Shown: positions 39,121 to 50,640 of the stretch, one piece after another
Layout: the number at the start of each line of letters is the position of its first letter
Position numbering within the stretch: position 1 is the first letter of the stretch
Source of the DNA: Octopus bimaculoides
Taxonomy: Eukaryota
DNA: 64,000 bases
Assembly (NCBI RefSeq): GCF_001194135.2
Contig: NC_068985.1
Span: 56,228,933 to 56,292,932, forward strand
Reading direction: 5' to 3'
Notes under the pieces: model-generated
What the model was told of the DNA's origin: nothing
Database searches by the model: none
What the model saw: the letters and a program-made list of their open reading frames with translations, nothing else
Made by a program: the position numbers and the translations under genes

Positions 39121-39619
39121 GCTTGCAGCTAAAAAAAGAGCAAGAAACAACGGCCAAAAAGAAAGTGAATTTGATGTGAATAGTCTTGATGAATATCAGT
39201 TAGAGAACCTTAAAAATTGAGGCAGAAACTGAAGTCACTCGAGGCCCTAGATTCAGTTAGTTTGAGGTGATTGTGGATCGAACCAAGATTAAGAAAATCA
39301 AGCAAACAAAAAAAAAAAAGCAAAAAGCATCAAGTGTAAGTAGTGAGATTGATCAGAAACTCATGAAAATATGATGCATCCAACACATTGATATTAGCAA
39401 TTGCTATTGCAGAATTGTTAAGGGAAAGGAGAAAAGAAAAGAAAGAGCAGGAGGTGTCCTGGTGGAAAAGAAAGGCAGGTTCCAATGAAAATTAATGGTT
39501 TTAGGAAATGGGACAATGGAAGTAGAGTAAATCAAAATGTAGTGTACTACGCTTTGATAAATAACTACTTACGTCGCTGACAACTTTGACCAATAATAAC
39601 TAGAGAGGGTCGCTTATAG

Positions 39620-40745
39620 GAAGTATCATTTATGGACTATGTGGTGTTGCAGTGCGTGGCTGCATCCACCTTCTGCCGGTGTTTGCTGGGGTCGACCCTG
39701 ATACCTCTCTGAGCAGTGTTCCAGCCGCTCCTCGTCATCTCGAGATACTTACTCATTTACAGTGACTATGTGGCATGTGACCAACCAACACGAGTTGTCA
39801 CCCCGGCTGGATCCTCAGAGAAAAGAACACGATACACAGGATCTAACTCGGAAAATCGGGTAAAACGACCAAACAGTTTCAGCTGAGCTCATGAATCATA
39901 CAGGTAACGGGACATATCTCAATTTCTGAGTATAGTCGTTGGCTAGATACAAAATCCGACCAATGGTAACCCATAATGCTGCGAGGTGTCCTGGTACCAA
40001 AGGAGTTCAGGCGGCTCCTAAGGGCCCGACAGTGTCTAAAGTCTCGTAACTATAGAGCCAGACAGAAGGCTAGAGACCTGAAGATCCGAAACTTTGTCTT
40101 CTTGCTTAGATATCTGCAGTGCCAGACTCCTTTATCTAATGAGTCCACAGCTACACCAGCAGGTTCAAGTCTTAAGACAACGGCTAATGCTGCTATGGAT
40201 CACACTGTCGAGATGAGTTGAGTGCTCAACAACTTCGATATTCTCGACTGCAACAGAGACAGACAAGACAGAGTCCCCCAGGAAGCCAACGAAAGAATGA
40301 ATCTTTGTTTTGATTCAAGAAACCCTAAGATCAAGTGGTTCTGCTTCTTCATTCAGTGAGAGGATATCCTTAAGACACCCAAAGACTCAACAAGAATAAT
40401 TGCATCATCAGCAAAATCTAGGTCAGTAATTCTACTTTCATCAACGTGTGCTCCACAACTCGATCGAGCCACCATTCAGACCATGGGGACATTGAGCAGA
40501 ATGGGAGCCAAGACACAATCCTGATAGATCATGGGAAAAAGTTGAGCGAACAATCCGAATTATGCCCTCTGTTGCAGTATACAAGGCCGCTATCAGCCAA
40601 ACCAGTCGAGAAAGTATGCCTTGCAGCTAAGGAATCCTCCAGAGCATATCTCTGTCTACTGAGTCAAACATCTTGCGGAGGTCGACACAAGTTAGGAGCA
40701 GCCCCTACCGCAAACAACCAACAATTGTTGACATGCGCTTATCTT
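39620..40745 (-). mobile_element. RTE-clade LINE, 5'-truncated and decayed
   Basis: Minus strand ESRITDLDFADDAI (RT motif), LNEEAEPLDLRVS, KGVWHCRYLSKKTKFRIFRSL. Confidence 0.88.
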
Positions 40746-40879
40746 TAAAAGAACGACACGTTATTGTTATGCAAATGGCAGTTCTGCATATAAGCTTATC
40801 AAAGCTATTTAAGGAGAGCAGCGCAACATTTTAATTAGTATAATATAACACGTCATAATGAAGGAAGTAAAGAAAGGCA

Positions 40880-42480
40880 AATCAGAAGAGAAGATTCATG
40901 TAAGGAAAAAGAGAAAAGGTAAAGAAACAAAGCTGAGATCTGCTAAAATCAGAATATACGAAGAAAGAAACAACCAGTATAAACAAAATCGCCATTTTTA
41001 ATTAAGTCAGAAACGCCTATTTGATATTTTTGAAAGAAATGAGAAAAATGATAACATGCGGCCGAATGCTGAAGAAGGCAAACTATTTTTGGAAAGAAAT
41101 TTGGGGAAAATACGCTACACAGACTTATGAATGAAGTAAGTAGAAAACTACACTGAATTTGTTGAGGAAAATAATTGAAAAAGGCAGGAAAATGGAAAAC
41201 AGCAGGACTAGACTTTGTCCATGGTCACTGGCTGAAAGGTTTTACGAGTTTCCATGTAACCATAGTGATACTACTAAATGAGTGCCTGCCAAAGGAGATG
41301 TACTTCGGTGGCTAACAGTAGAAGAATCTGTCTAATATTAAAAAATAAACAGAAAAGAAATACTATCCAAAATTTTGGACGAATTACATCTACCGTTATG
41401 TAAACTCCTAACAGGGGTAATTGTGGAAGAGGTACACCAACAACCACTATGTAAGAAACACCATGTGTCCGATGAACAGAAAGGCTATTGAAACAAGATC
41501 AAGGGAACGAATGGCCAATTAATGAGTGATAAAATTATTTTATGCAGAGAGTGGCAAATTTGTGCATCGCGCGGATCGATTATTGAAAAGCGTACCACCT
41601 AATTCTTCACTCGTGCGTCATGCAGTGCTTAGAACTGTTCAAGATGTCATGAATGTTAGGTGCTTGTTACAAAATACAATGTATCATTGGAGAGTATAGT
41701 TAACATTAGAGAGAGAAAGATTAAGAGATATACAAATCAGAAGTAGAGTATTTCAATAGAACTGCCTCTCCCCCATTTTGTTTGTAAATATACTGATCCC
41801 TTTGTTAATACTAAACAAAGCCAAGGAAGGATATTTATTGGAAAAGAATAGGGGAAAAGTGAAACATCTCCCATTTATAGATGACTTAAGGCTTTATGGC
41901 AAAGGTAAGAACCAACTGGTTTCCTGAGTACAAACTGTAAGAATATTTAGTACCGATATTTAGAGGACTTTCGGAATCGAAAAATATGCAATGAAGCGGG
42001 TAAAGTCCATAAAATGTACTGAAATAGGTATACTTAATGATGAAAATAAATAAATAATTACATGTAGAAGAAACATAAGCATGTGGAAATAAAGGAAAGC
42101 GATAAAATTAAAAGTATAGAAATGAAGGAATCTCTCAATATAGAATAATTTCTCAGTGTGATGTTAAAATCCAAATTGAATGTGGGGAATATCATAGAAG
42201 CTATCAATAAAGCATGGAGCAGGAATTATGGAATGGCAGAGAAATGACGTGAACGATATCTACAAGAAAACAGGGAAGCTACTCACAATGGATCTGCAAG
42301 CAGATGTGGACTGATTATTCTGAAAAAGAGCAAATGAAGGAAAATGATTAATGAATGTCGAAGAGGTAACAGAACTAGAGAAGACCAATCTAGGTTCCTG
42401 TTTGGATAAAAAAGAAGAAACGCTCCTTAAGGAATTAATAAGGGAAAACAAGAAAAAAAATTGTAAAAGTGGGAATCAAA
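40880..42480 (+). mobile_element. Decayed R4/Dong-like LINE, RT region
   Basis: Fragments YEERNNQYKQNRHF, PNAEEGKLF, WKTAGLDFVHGHWLK, RVFQ.NCLSPILFV, HLPFIDDLRLYGK, LKSKLNVGNIIEAIN. Confidence 0.8.
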
Positions 42481-42599
42481 CTGGGAGGGAAATAATTTTC
42501 AAAAACACAAACGTGATGCGGGATGAAAAGGACAAGAGATAACAAGGATGTAAAGAACCGGAATAGGTTGTGCAAGGAATCCCAATCAACCTTCTAATA

Positions 42600-42730
42600 G
42601 GTCCGCTACTGATTGGTACTTTTATCACCCCGCTTAAAGGTTGAAAGGCAAAGTTGTCCTCAGTGTAATCAGAACTAAAACATTCGGACCAAATATTGTT
42701 AAACATTCTAACAACTCTGCAAACTTGCTG
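42600..42730 (-). mobile_element. SINE family B, degenerate
   Basis: TTGGTACTTTTATCACCCC...AAAGGTTGAAAGGCAAAGTTG, the reverse complement of the core. Confidence 0.6.
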
Positions 42731-42744
42731 CTTTTGCTATTTGA

Positions 42745-42960
42745 TAATTATAATAATCCTTTCTGCAGTAGGCACAAGGTCTGAAATTCGGAGGAAGAAA
42801 TTAAGTCGATTACATCGACCCTAGTGCATAACTGGTACTTATTTAATTGACACCGAAACAATGAAAGGCAAAGTCGACCTCGGCAGAATTTGATCTCAGA
42901 ACGTAGTGACAGATGAACTACCGCTAAGCATTTTGCCCGCTGTGCTAACGATTCTGCTAT
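42745..42960 (-). mobile_element. SINE family B, near full length
   Basis: Reverse complement GCAGAATCGTTAGCACAGCGGGCAAAATGCTTAGCGGT...CGTTCTGAGATCAAATTCTGCCGAGGTCGACTTTGCC...AGAAAGGATTAT. Confidence 0.9.
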
Positions 42961-43339
42961 AATAATGATAAAAACAATGATTTCGTTCATTGGAAGAAGG
43001 CCATACAATTTTTTTGGGGAAGGATGCAGTTGGTTTTTCGATTCTTCCTTAAATGTTTCGTATTTATTTTATCGATATTGGAGAAATGTGAAGTGTAAAC
43101 ATAAAGAATTAGAACTAAACGGTATAAATCAGCTAGTATGGTGCTCTACCGTGTATTTACTCACCCTCACCTCTTGACCTTAATAATAGTAATTATAATA
43201 ATTGTTTATTTTTTGGCACAACAGCAAATTTTTTTTATTTGTGTGCATTTTTTACTGATTTTGATGCCAATATTTTATTGTACGAAAGGAAAGTGGAGAG
43301 AGTGGAGAGGTCGAAGAATCTGTAGAGCATTGGGACAGT

Positions 43340-43440
43340 GGCTGAATCAATATCTTTTGCTGCATCTCTAACGTTCTGAGTTCAAGTCCGCTCTTAGGTC
43401 GACTTTAACTTTAATCATTCTGGGATCGGTGGAATAAACA
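43340..43440 (+). mobile_element. SINE family B fragment
   Basis: ACGTTCTGAGTTCAAGTCC...GGTCGACTTT. Confidence 0.55.
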
Positions 43441-43593
43441 CTGAGGCTGGCTGATAACTTCTATAAAATTTGAAGTCATCTACGACCGGAGAGAAATCAA
43501 GGCGATAGCATGGCTTAGGAGGAGCATCAGGAAAAATACCTTGGGGTGTTGTATTTTGTTAAATCATTGTATTTTGGGTTCAAATCTGTGAAT

Positions 43594-43985
43594 GTTGATA
43601 CAACAGAAGACTATATTTATCGATATGAATGATTACTATGAATGTTTATAGAATACAAGATCATGTGTTGATACAATACGAGGCTAAGTATCTTGACACA
43701 ATACTATATATGTTGATACAACACACAGACAAATATGTTGTCATAACACAAGTCTATGTATGTGTTGGCATAACGCAAGACTATATATAATGGCACAGTA
43801 CAACACTATATGCTATCACAACACATGTATATATATCTATGTATGTTGACACAATACAACTATTTATGTTTACACAATACTACAACACTATAGATGTTAA
43901 TTCAAATCTATACATGTTGATACAATACTATACTATGTATTTTGACACAAGACTAAATATTTATAGAAGACAATACGAAGCTATG
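43594..43985. repeat. Degenerate minisatellite, about 20-27 bp unit, core ATGTTGA(C/T)ACAA(C/T)ACAAGACTAT
   Basis: More than ten imperfect units visible. Confidence 0.8.
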
Positions 43986-44414
43986 TACGCCAGAGGATGA
44001 TCATACATAGAACCTATATTAAAATTCGGGAATACAGAAAAAAGCATTAAGCGAAGACATCGACATTTGCGCCACTAACGAACAACCCAGCTTCAGAATT
44101 CCCCCCCCTCTATAAATTCAGGGACAATGCAATTTATAATCAGCGCATTAGCAAAGGATCATACTTTATCGCAAAATATAAACCCCTTTTGACAGCTTCC
44201 ACCGCAGATGACACTACTACAAAGATCTTAGAATAATACTCACGTAAATATTAAAAACGATACATTCAGAACAGCCACTATCCATGAATATATTTAGAAC
44301 AATTCCAATCACTACTGCTACAACGACAACAGGCCACTTTTAGGTCACTTGACCATTAAAGAAGATTCCACGAACAGTCTACTACTGTCATACCACTCCC
44401 GTCTTCTTCTTCTT

Positions 44415-44425
44415 CTGTCTGTCTT

Positions 44426-44492
<67 letters not shown>

Positions 44493-44549
44493 NNNNNNNN
44501 NNNNNNNNNNNNNNNNNNNNNNNNNNNNNNNNNNNNNNNNNNNNNNNNN

Positions 44550-44624
<75 letters not shown>

Positions 44625-44645
44625 CATATATATATATATATATAG
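44415..44645. repeat. (TGTC)n, gap, (CA)n(TA)n
   Basis: Directly visible. Confidence 0.95.
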
Positions 44646-44837
44646 CGCAAAATATGGGGTAATAAATTAAAATAATTGTTCGTTCTGGTGTTATAACAGC
44701 GTGCCTCATGAATTCTTTTTTTCGTAGTTTGGGTTTTAACTGCCCTTTGTAGCATGTAAGGAGTCTTGTCAAAGGTCTCCACTCTGTGTATAAAAATATT
44801 TTATATACTTTATATTTAATATATATATATATATATA

Positions 44838-44972
44838 TTTACACGACAAGAGACTATGTACGTTGACACAATACAAGACTATATATATTAACGGCGCGCA
44901 AGATTTTATATGTTCGCACATCAAAGCTATACATCTTGACACAACTTAGAAAATGTGTATGTTGATACAACA
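44838..44972. repeat. Second block of the same minisatellite
   Basis: GTTGACACAATACAAGACTATAT, ATCTTGACACAAC, ATGTTGATACAACAC. Confidence 0.75.
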
Positions 44973-45026
44973 CGCGATCGTTTGAATTAGATTTCAAATT
45001 GAATCTCCTTCAGTGAATCAGTCTTA

Positions 45027-45092
<66 letters not shown>

Positions 45093-45096
<4 letters not shown>

Positions 45097-45290
45097 TATC
45101 TTTTACTTGTTTGAGTCTAAGGGCACCACCTTGAAGAATTTTTAGTCGAAATGAATCGACCTTAGTACTTATTTTTGTAAATCCTGGTACTTATTCTATA
45201 GGGCACTTTTGTTGAGCCGCTATGTTAAGGGGAAATAAACAAACCAACACCAGTTGTCAAGCGGAGGTGGGGATAAACACAGACACAAAC
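45093..45290 (-). mobile_element. SINE family A, 3' half
   Basis: Reverse complement CCGCTTGACAACTGG...TAGAATAAGTACCAGG...GGTCGATT...AAACAAGTAAAAGATAAAA. Confidence 0.8.
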
Positions 45291-46660
45291 ACGTACACAA
45301 GCCCACACACGCACATGCATATACAAACGCACATACGCACACTAGAACCCACACATATACACACACAAGTAAGAAAAAGAGATAGCAAAGGAATATAAGA
45401 TTATTTTATGTACTTCACTACCTTATAGCTGTTTCCGCTATAAGATGCGATGGACTCATTCGAGCCTCAAACATGAAGCGCAATTCATTTAGGAAAAAAT
45501 TACATTTATGCATACACACAGGAAATCATTACCAATGAGAAAGCATCGATCTGGGGGATGAAATCAAGGGGCTCTTCCCATAACTAGAATAAAATTAATT
45601 CTAAGATGTGTTTAGTGATGGATATATCTAGACGTAGAGAAAGAGTGAATATATCTATGAGTAAGAATATATGTATACACACACTTACACATACATGCAT
45701 ATATGTATACATACATAACATGAACGTTCTTACTGGAATATATGCATACACATTACTTGAGTAACGCTTCGTTCAGAAGCATACGTATATTGAGTTCTAC
45801 ACCAGGTTATTAGTATTACAGTGCTTAAGCGACTAATACACTAACCACGCGTCATTTTTGCCCTGCCAGTCATTCCACCGCACATCTTACTGTCATCGTC
45901 CTGGCCTTGCACTGTGGATCCACAACCTCTAAATTTCGCCTTGAACAGCGCCACGTCTTTTTTCTTCAAACCATTTTCACTGAACACACCCCTCCTTCTA
46001 ATAACATATTTCATAGACTTTAAAAAAAAAATTTTAAGAGCTTTTAAAACATGTTTAAAATTTTTTTTAATTAAATTTTTTTTTTAAATTAAAATTTTTT
46101 CAAACACTCATTTGAATTATAATTACATTTTATTTTTCTTAATTTAATTTTTAATTTTAACTTTTTGATTTAATTGAAATTATTTAAATTTTTAATTTTA
46201 ACTCATCTCCCACACATTTCCACACACCCATATGCATATCGAGCGCCTCCCACATACTACATATATACGTATCGTACACATAAACACGTCTCCATATCCT
46301 GGCGTGTACAGGAAAAAAAACCCCTTCACATACACACGCCTGCAGAGACACATATATACACATACACAACACCCCCCACACATGCACACGCAAACATACA
46401 TACACGCTCATATACACTCACCCCCGTACTCACGCAATCACACAATCATGCGTACACACACAAACACATACGTAAACACACAGCAACACTAATGAAACCA
46501 CACATTTTCACTTCGCCTACCACCACTAAATCTAACTACAGCTACAAACCTGTCAGAACCACTCCTTACACATACATCGCTCACATAAACACCAAACACA
46601 CACAGATACTACTACACACACACACTCACGCGCACACACACACACACACACACACGCGCG

Positions 46661-46704
<44 letters not shown>

Positions 46705-46771
46705 ATATTTCTCTTACACACGCTCTTTCTTGGACTACATTTTCCTTCTCACCGGCCTGTTCCTCTTTCCT

Positions 46772-46802
46772 CTTTCTGACGAAGAGCCATGCCCGAAACG
46801 TT
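46772..46802 (+). ncRNA. Degenerate minimal hammerhead motif
   Basis: CTGACGA-A-GAGC[CAT]GCCC-GAAACGTT; stem II has one mismatch and stem I is lost; the element runs on to (TA)n at about 46895. Confidence 0.4.
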
Positions 46803-47201
46803 ACACACTCCCTCTTGTCTCCATCTTAAACTGAGTGTCAACCTAATACATTTACTGTGTACGTCATTTTGACTTTTGTTATTTTTATTTTCGATATATA
46901 TATATTTATATATATATATATATATATATATAAGGCTGAGGAGGGTATTGGATTTAACCAAACCCAGGAGGATACAGGTAATACGGAGTAAGTGCTGTAT
47001 ACCGACTAGTTTGCCCCACTCCAACCTTACCTTTGCTCTCTTTATCTTTTTGTTTTTATATATTTACATATATATATATATATATATAGTTATTAATATT
47101 TCTAAGTCTCTCTTGGCGATAACTATTAATATATATATATACATATATATATATGTATGTGTGTATATATATATACACATACATATATATGTATATTTGT
47201 A

Positions 47202-47250
<49 letters not shown>

Positions 47251-47278
47251 GTATATATATATAGATATATGTATAAGA

Positions 47279-47654
47279 GGAGAAGCCATTAAGTGGATCC
47301 CTTGTATGCTAAATTTTTTCGTGCTAGGACGGTTTGACGGCTATTTTTAACACACAAGGTATCCACTTAGTGGTTTCTCCTGTTACTTATATTTAAATAT
47401 AATTCACAGTCCTCCGACGTTTTTTTTTACGTATTCTCACCACTGGTTCAAATTTGTATTATTTAGATTTAATTTTAAATATCCATGTTCTCTAACCAGT
47501 TGATTCACTGCTGAATTTATTCACTGCAGTTATTTTCTGGCTTACGTAAAAAAATGAACTGTGAATTATATTTAGATATAAATAAGTGGAGAGATCACTA
47601 AGTGGATCCCTTGTATGCTAAAAATAGACGTCAAACCGTCCTATCACGAAAAAT
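47279..47654. mobile_element. Palindromic/foldback non-autonomous element
   Basis: About 115-bp inverted arms at 47313-47432 and 47543-47654, plus an inner hairpin (47279-47312 vs 47343-47380). Confidence 0.75.
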
Positions 47655-47869
47655 ATGTGTTCTCAAATTAGCAAGATGCTAGATGGTTACGAACTAGACA
47701 AATGAAAAGAAATAAACATAGCACTCAATTCCATGTCTTAACGTTTCACCATAAACAATTTAATTATTGTCCGTGGCTCCTCAGTAGAACCGGTACTGAC
47801 ATGTAATATATTAGTGGGTTGGATTCACAACTCCTAACTTTCTTGGATATATATATATATATATATATA

Positions 47870-48240
47870 TTGTTGTATTTGGGGATGGTCATGTTGCCAG
47901 TTTAGACAATAAAAACACACGCACTGTATATTTGGTGTTAATTTGCTTCAGCTTTATATTACATTACATTACATTAATCATATTTCGGCCAGAGTTCTTT
48001 CGTCACACTTCTGTGACCTCATCATTGGTCCTTTGCTTTATTCTTTCTTATATGTGTGTCCCTCCTTGCTTTAATAAAAACAAAATAAACGAACATGTAT
48101 TAACAGAGGATACAGATAATACAGGCACTCCCCATACACACACATGCACTTACAAAACATAGACAAACATAGACACACATAGAGGGATACACATACAATA
48201 AGAATACAAAATACAAAATGGCTGACCGTTAGCCATCCAT
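47870..48240 (-). mobile_element. Short hammerhead-bearing element ending in (TA)n, antisense and adjacent to the PLE
   Basis: Contains the hammerhead-like fold at 47987-48030; its 3' end runs into (TA)n at 47847-47871. Confidence 0.5.
47987..48030 (-). ncRNA. Minimal hammerhead-like motif with a C3 substitution
   Basis: Minus strand GACCA-ATGATGA-G-GTCAC[AGAAGT]GTGAC-GAAA-GAACTC-TGGCC: perfect 5-bp stem II, 4/5 stem I. Confidence 0.55.
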
Positions 48241-48254
48241 ACAGTTCACAAGGG

Positions 48255-49080
48255 AAAAGGAAGAAAACAATTAGCTAGCATTCCTGGGCGTATTAATAAC
48301 ACGCACCAAATATAGATTCAGGACATCCGTATACCGCAAGCCGACCTTCATTGGACGATACCTTAACTTCAATTCCTACTATCCATACAGTGTAAAGAGA
48401 GGAATTGCTCAGTACCTAAAACATCGAGCAAAGAATATTAGTAGCGATCGTGATACCCACCACGAAAAAAATGATCAAGCTCAATAATAATCTATTAAAC
48501 AACAACTACCCCAAAACATATTCTCTACTCCAATTATGAAGAAAAAAGAGGATGAAACCAATAAACTGTCTACAGTCTGTCTACCCTATTTGAAAGGCTT
48601 CTCCGAAAAGATACAAAAGATATGAGCCCATATGACATTAGGACAGTATTCAAGAGTAATACAACACTTCGCAAATATCTCCTTCGGGTAAAGCCACCAA
48701 TAGAAGAGAATATGACCAAAAACTGCGTGTACTCCATCCCATGCAGCTGTGGTAGGTTATACAAAGGCGAAACATGCCCCACTTCTAGAATAAGGGTAGA
48801 GGAACATCGCAAAGCTGTGACACGAGGGGATATTGATAAATCGGGTTTAGCTGAACATGTATGGAAAAATGGAGATCACCTCCCCCTGTGGGATGAAATT
48901 AAAATAATAGACAGAGAACACCACTGGAAAATACGAAAAACTAAAAGAAGCAGCATATATGCTAGGAAACAACAATCTCTTAAGCAGACCGAGTGCAGAT
49001 ATGAATAGCATATGGAAACAGGTATTAAGGAAGGATAGAAAAATATTAGATTTATAAGCCTTAAAATTCACTCCATAATT
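48255..49080 (+). mobile_element. Penelope-like element, 5'-truncated (end of RT and GIY-YIG endonuclease)
   Basis: LAFLGVLITRT, VYRKPTFIGRYLNFNSYYPYSVKRGI, VCLPYLKGFSEKIQK, NCVYSIPCSCGRLYKGET...RVEEHRKA...SGLAEHVW; frameshifted. Confidence 0.95.
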
Positions 49081-49087
49081 GTTCAAG

Positions 49088-49160
49088 GGAATATGGCGTA
49101 GTAGTTAAGCGCGTAGGCTACTAACCCCAAGATTCCGAGTTCGATTCCAGGCAGTGACCT
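49088..49160 (+). promoter_or_regulatory. tRNA-derived (tRNA-Asn-like) Pol III A/B-box cassette
   Basis: A-box-like TGGCGTAGTAG at 49094-49104 and B-box GAGTTCGATTCC at 49137-49148; no full acceptor stem, so not a functional tRNA. Confidence 0.75.
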
Positions 49161-49227
49161 GAATAATAATAATAATAACATCGAAAAATACCTTAGCAAT
49201 GAGAACCCAGGTTCGAAATATCCCAAA

Positions 49228-49273
49228 GACACCTGATGAAGGCTGGACGTTATATCAGCCGAAACGTTGTGTT
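49228..49273 (+). ncRNA. Minimal type I hammerhead ribozyme of the PLE kind
   Basis: Stem I GACAC/GTGTT, core CTGATGA, extra A, stem II GGCTG[10 nt]CAGCC, GAAA, palindromic AACGTT in place of stem III, GUU triplet. Confidence 0.8.
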
Positions 49274-50083
49274 AACGACAAACAAGATGAGAACAAATAT
49301 CCGTCAAATGTAAATAAGGTACATAATTCCTCATCTCTTAAATATAGAACCGTATTTAATAAAGTTATTTTTAGTATGCTACTGAATTAGGATAAGTTTA
49401 GCTTTTATTATTAATTTTCTCTTTCTGCTTTAATTAATTTTCTTTCTGCTTTTTTTGCTTTTCCTTTTTTGTTGCTTTCCTTTTCTTTTTAGTTAATTAT
49501 TTAATCAGGCTAGTTCATTAATGTGCTATATGCATCAGATATGTGCATCTAAATTTATTGAGGCAGGAATATAGCATGTAGTAAGGCTGTCCAGAAAAGG
49601 CATTGGTTAAAAGTGCGTATATTCTAAATTTACTTTTTAAATTTCAAAATTAATTAAAAGGAACTTTTCATAAATCAAATTTATATTAATAGGATGCAGG
49701 TAATTTTAACTTGTGTATATCTGATATGCTTTTATAATTACTGTTGTATTGAATAATTATCGATAGATCTAGATCAGCAGTAGTCAGTGCTATTATCCCC
49801 AACTCAAAATCTAGGTTACTTAAGGTGAGCCTGGTAACTGATGGTTTTGGGGTCTTGTTGTTTCTAACTTTTGGTGAGCTATGGTGCAACCAATGAGATG
49901 GTAAAATTCCCTGCCATTAATTTGGTGTGGATGAGTAATATCGAATAATTCAATCACAACATATATTTAAATTTAAACATGAAAATAAAATTGAAATATT
50001 ATCCTTTTATAAGGTAAAATCTTAGATTATTAATTGACACATTATTAATTATATTATAGCAGCAATGCCTGGCAAAATCATGG

Positions 50084-50590
50084 ATTACATGGGAAAATGC
50101 GAGCTTGAAAAGTAATATTCTTAAGATTATAAACCTGGAAAAGTATAGGAAAAGTTATTACACCTGGAAGAATGTAGGACAAGCTATTACTTCTAGTAAG
50201 TAAAGAATAAGAAACTCTTTACTTAAAATATTGCAACTAAAATTAAAATTTGAATATTAAAAATTATTTTATTATAGTTTAAAAATAACACTATACTTAT
50301 TTAAGTAGAATTTGGATAATTTACTACCTTAAATACAAAAAAAAAGTGACTAATTAGACAAACTTACAAATTAGCTGAACAGTTTTGTACATTAAATTTA
50401 AAAGATGAGAACTGTAAAGAGTGATAAATTAGAGGAACTGGCATTCTTTGCTACAATATTGTAAAAAGTTTCTTACTCGAAGTAGTAGCTTGTCCTATAT
50501 ACTTTTCCAGGCGTAATAACTTGTCCTGGACTTTTCCAGGTTTATAATCTTAAGAATATTACTTTTCATGCTCGCATTTTTCCATGTAAT
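50084..50590. mobile_element. Long-TIR MITE (about 507 bp)
   Basis: About 140-bp imperfect inverted repeats at 50084-50232 and 50456-50590 (ATTACATGG...CCATGTAAT), with internal CCTGGAAAAGT reiterations. Confidence 0.85.
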
Positions 50591-50600
50591 ATATATATAT

Positions 50601-50640
<40 letters not shown>

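Noticed and set aside
43594-43985. Repeat-spacer-like periodicity suggestive of CRISPR
   Set aside because: The units are contiguous and degenerate with no unique spacers, no cas genes, and the context is eukaryotic.
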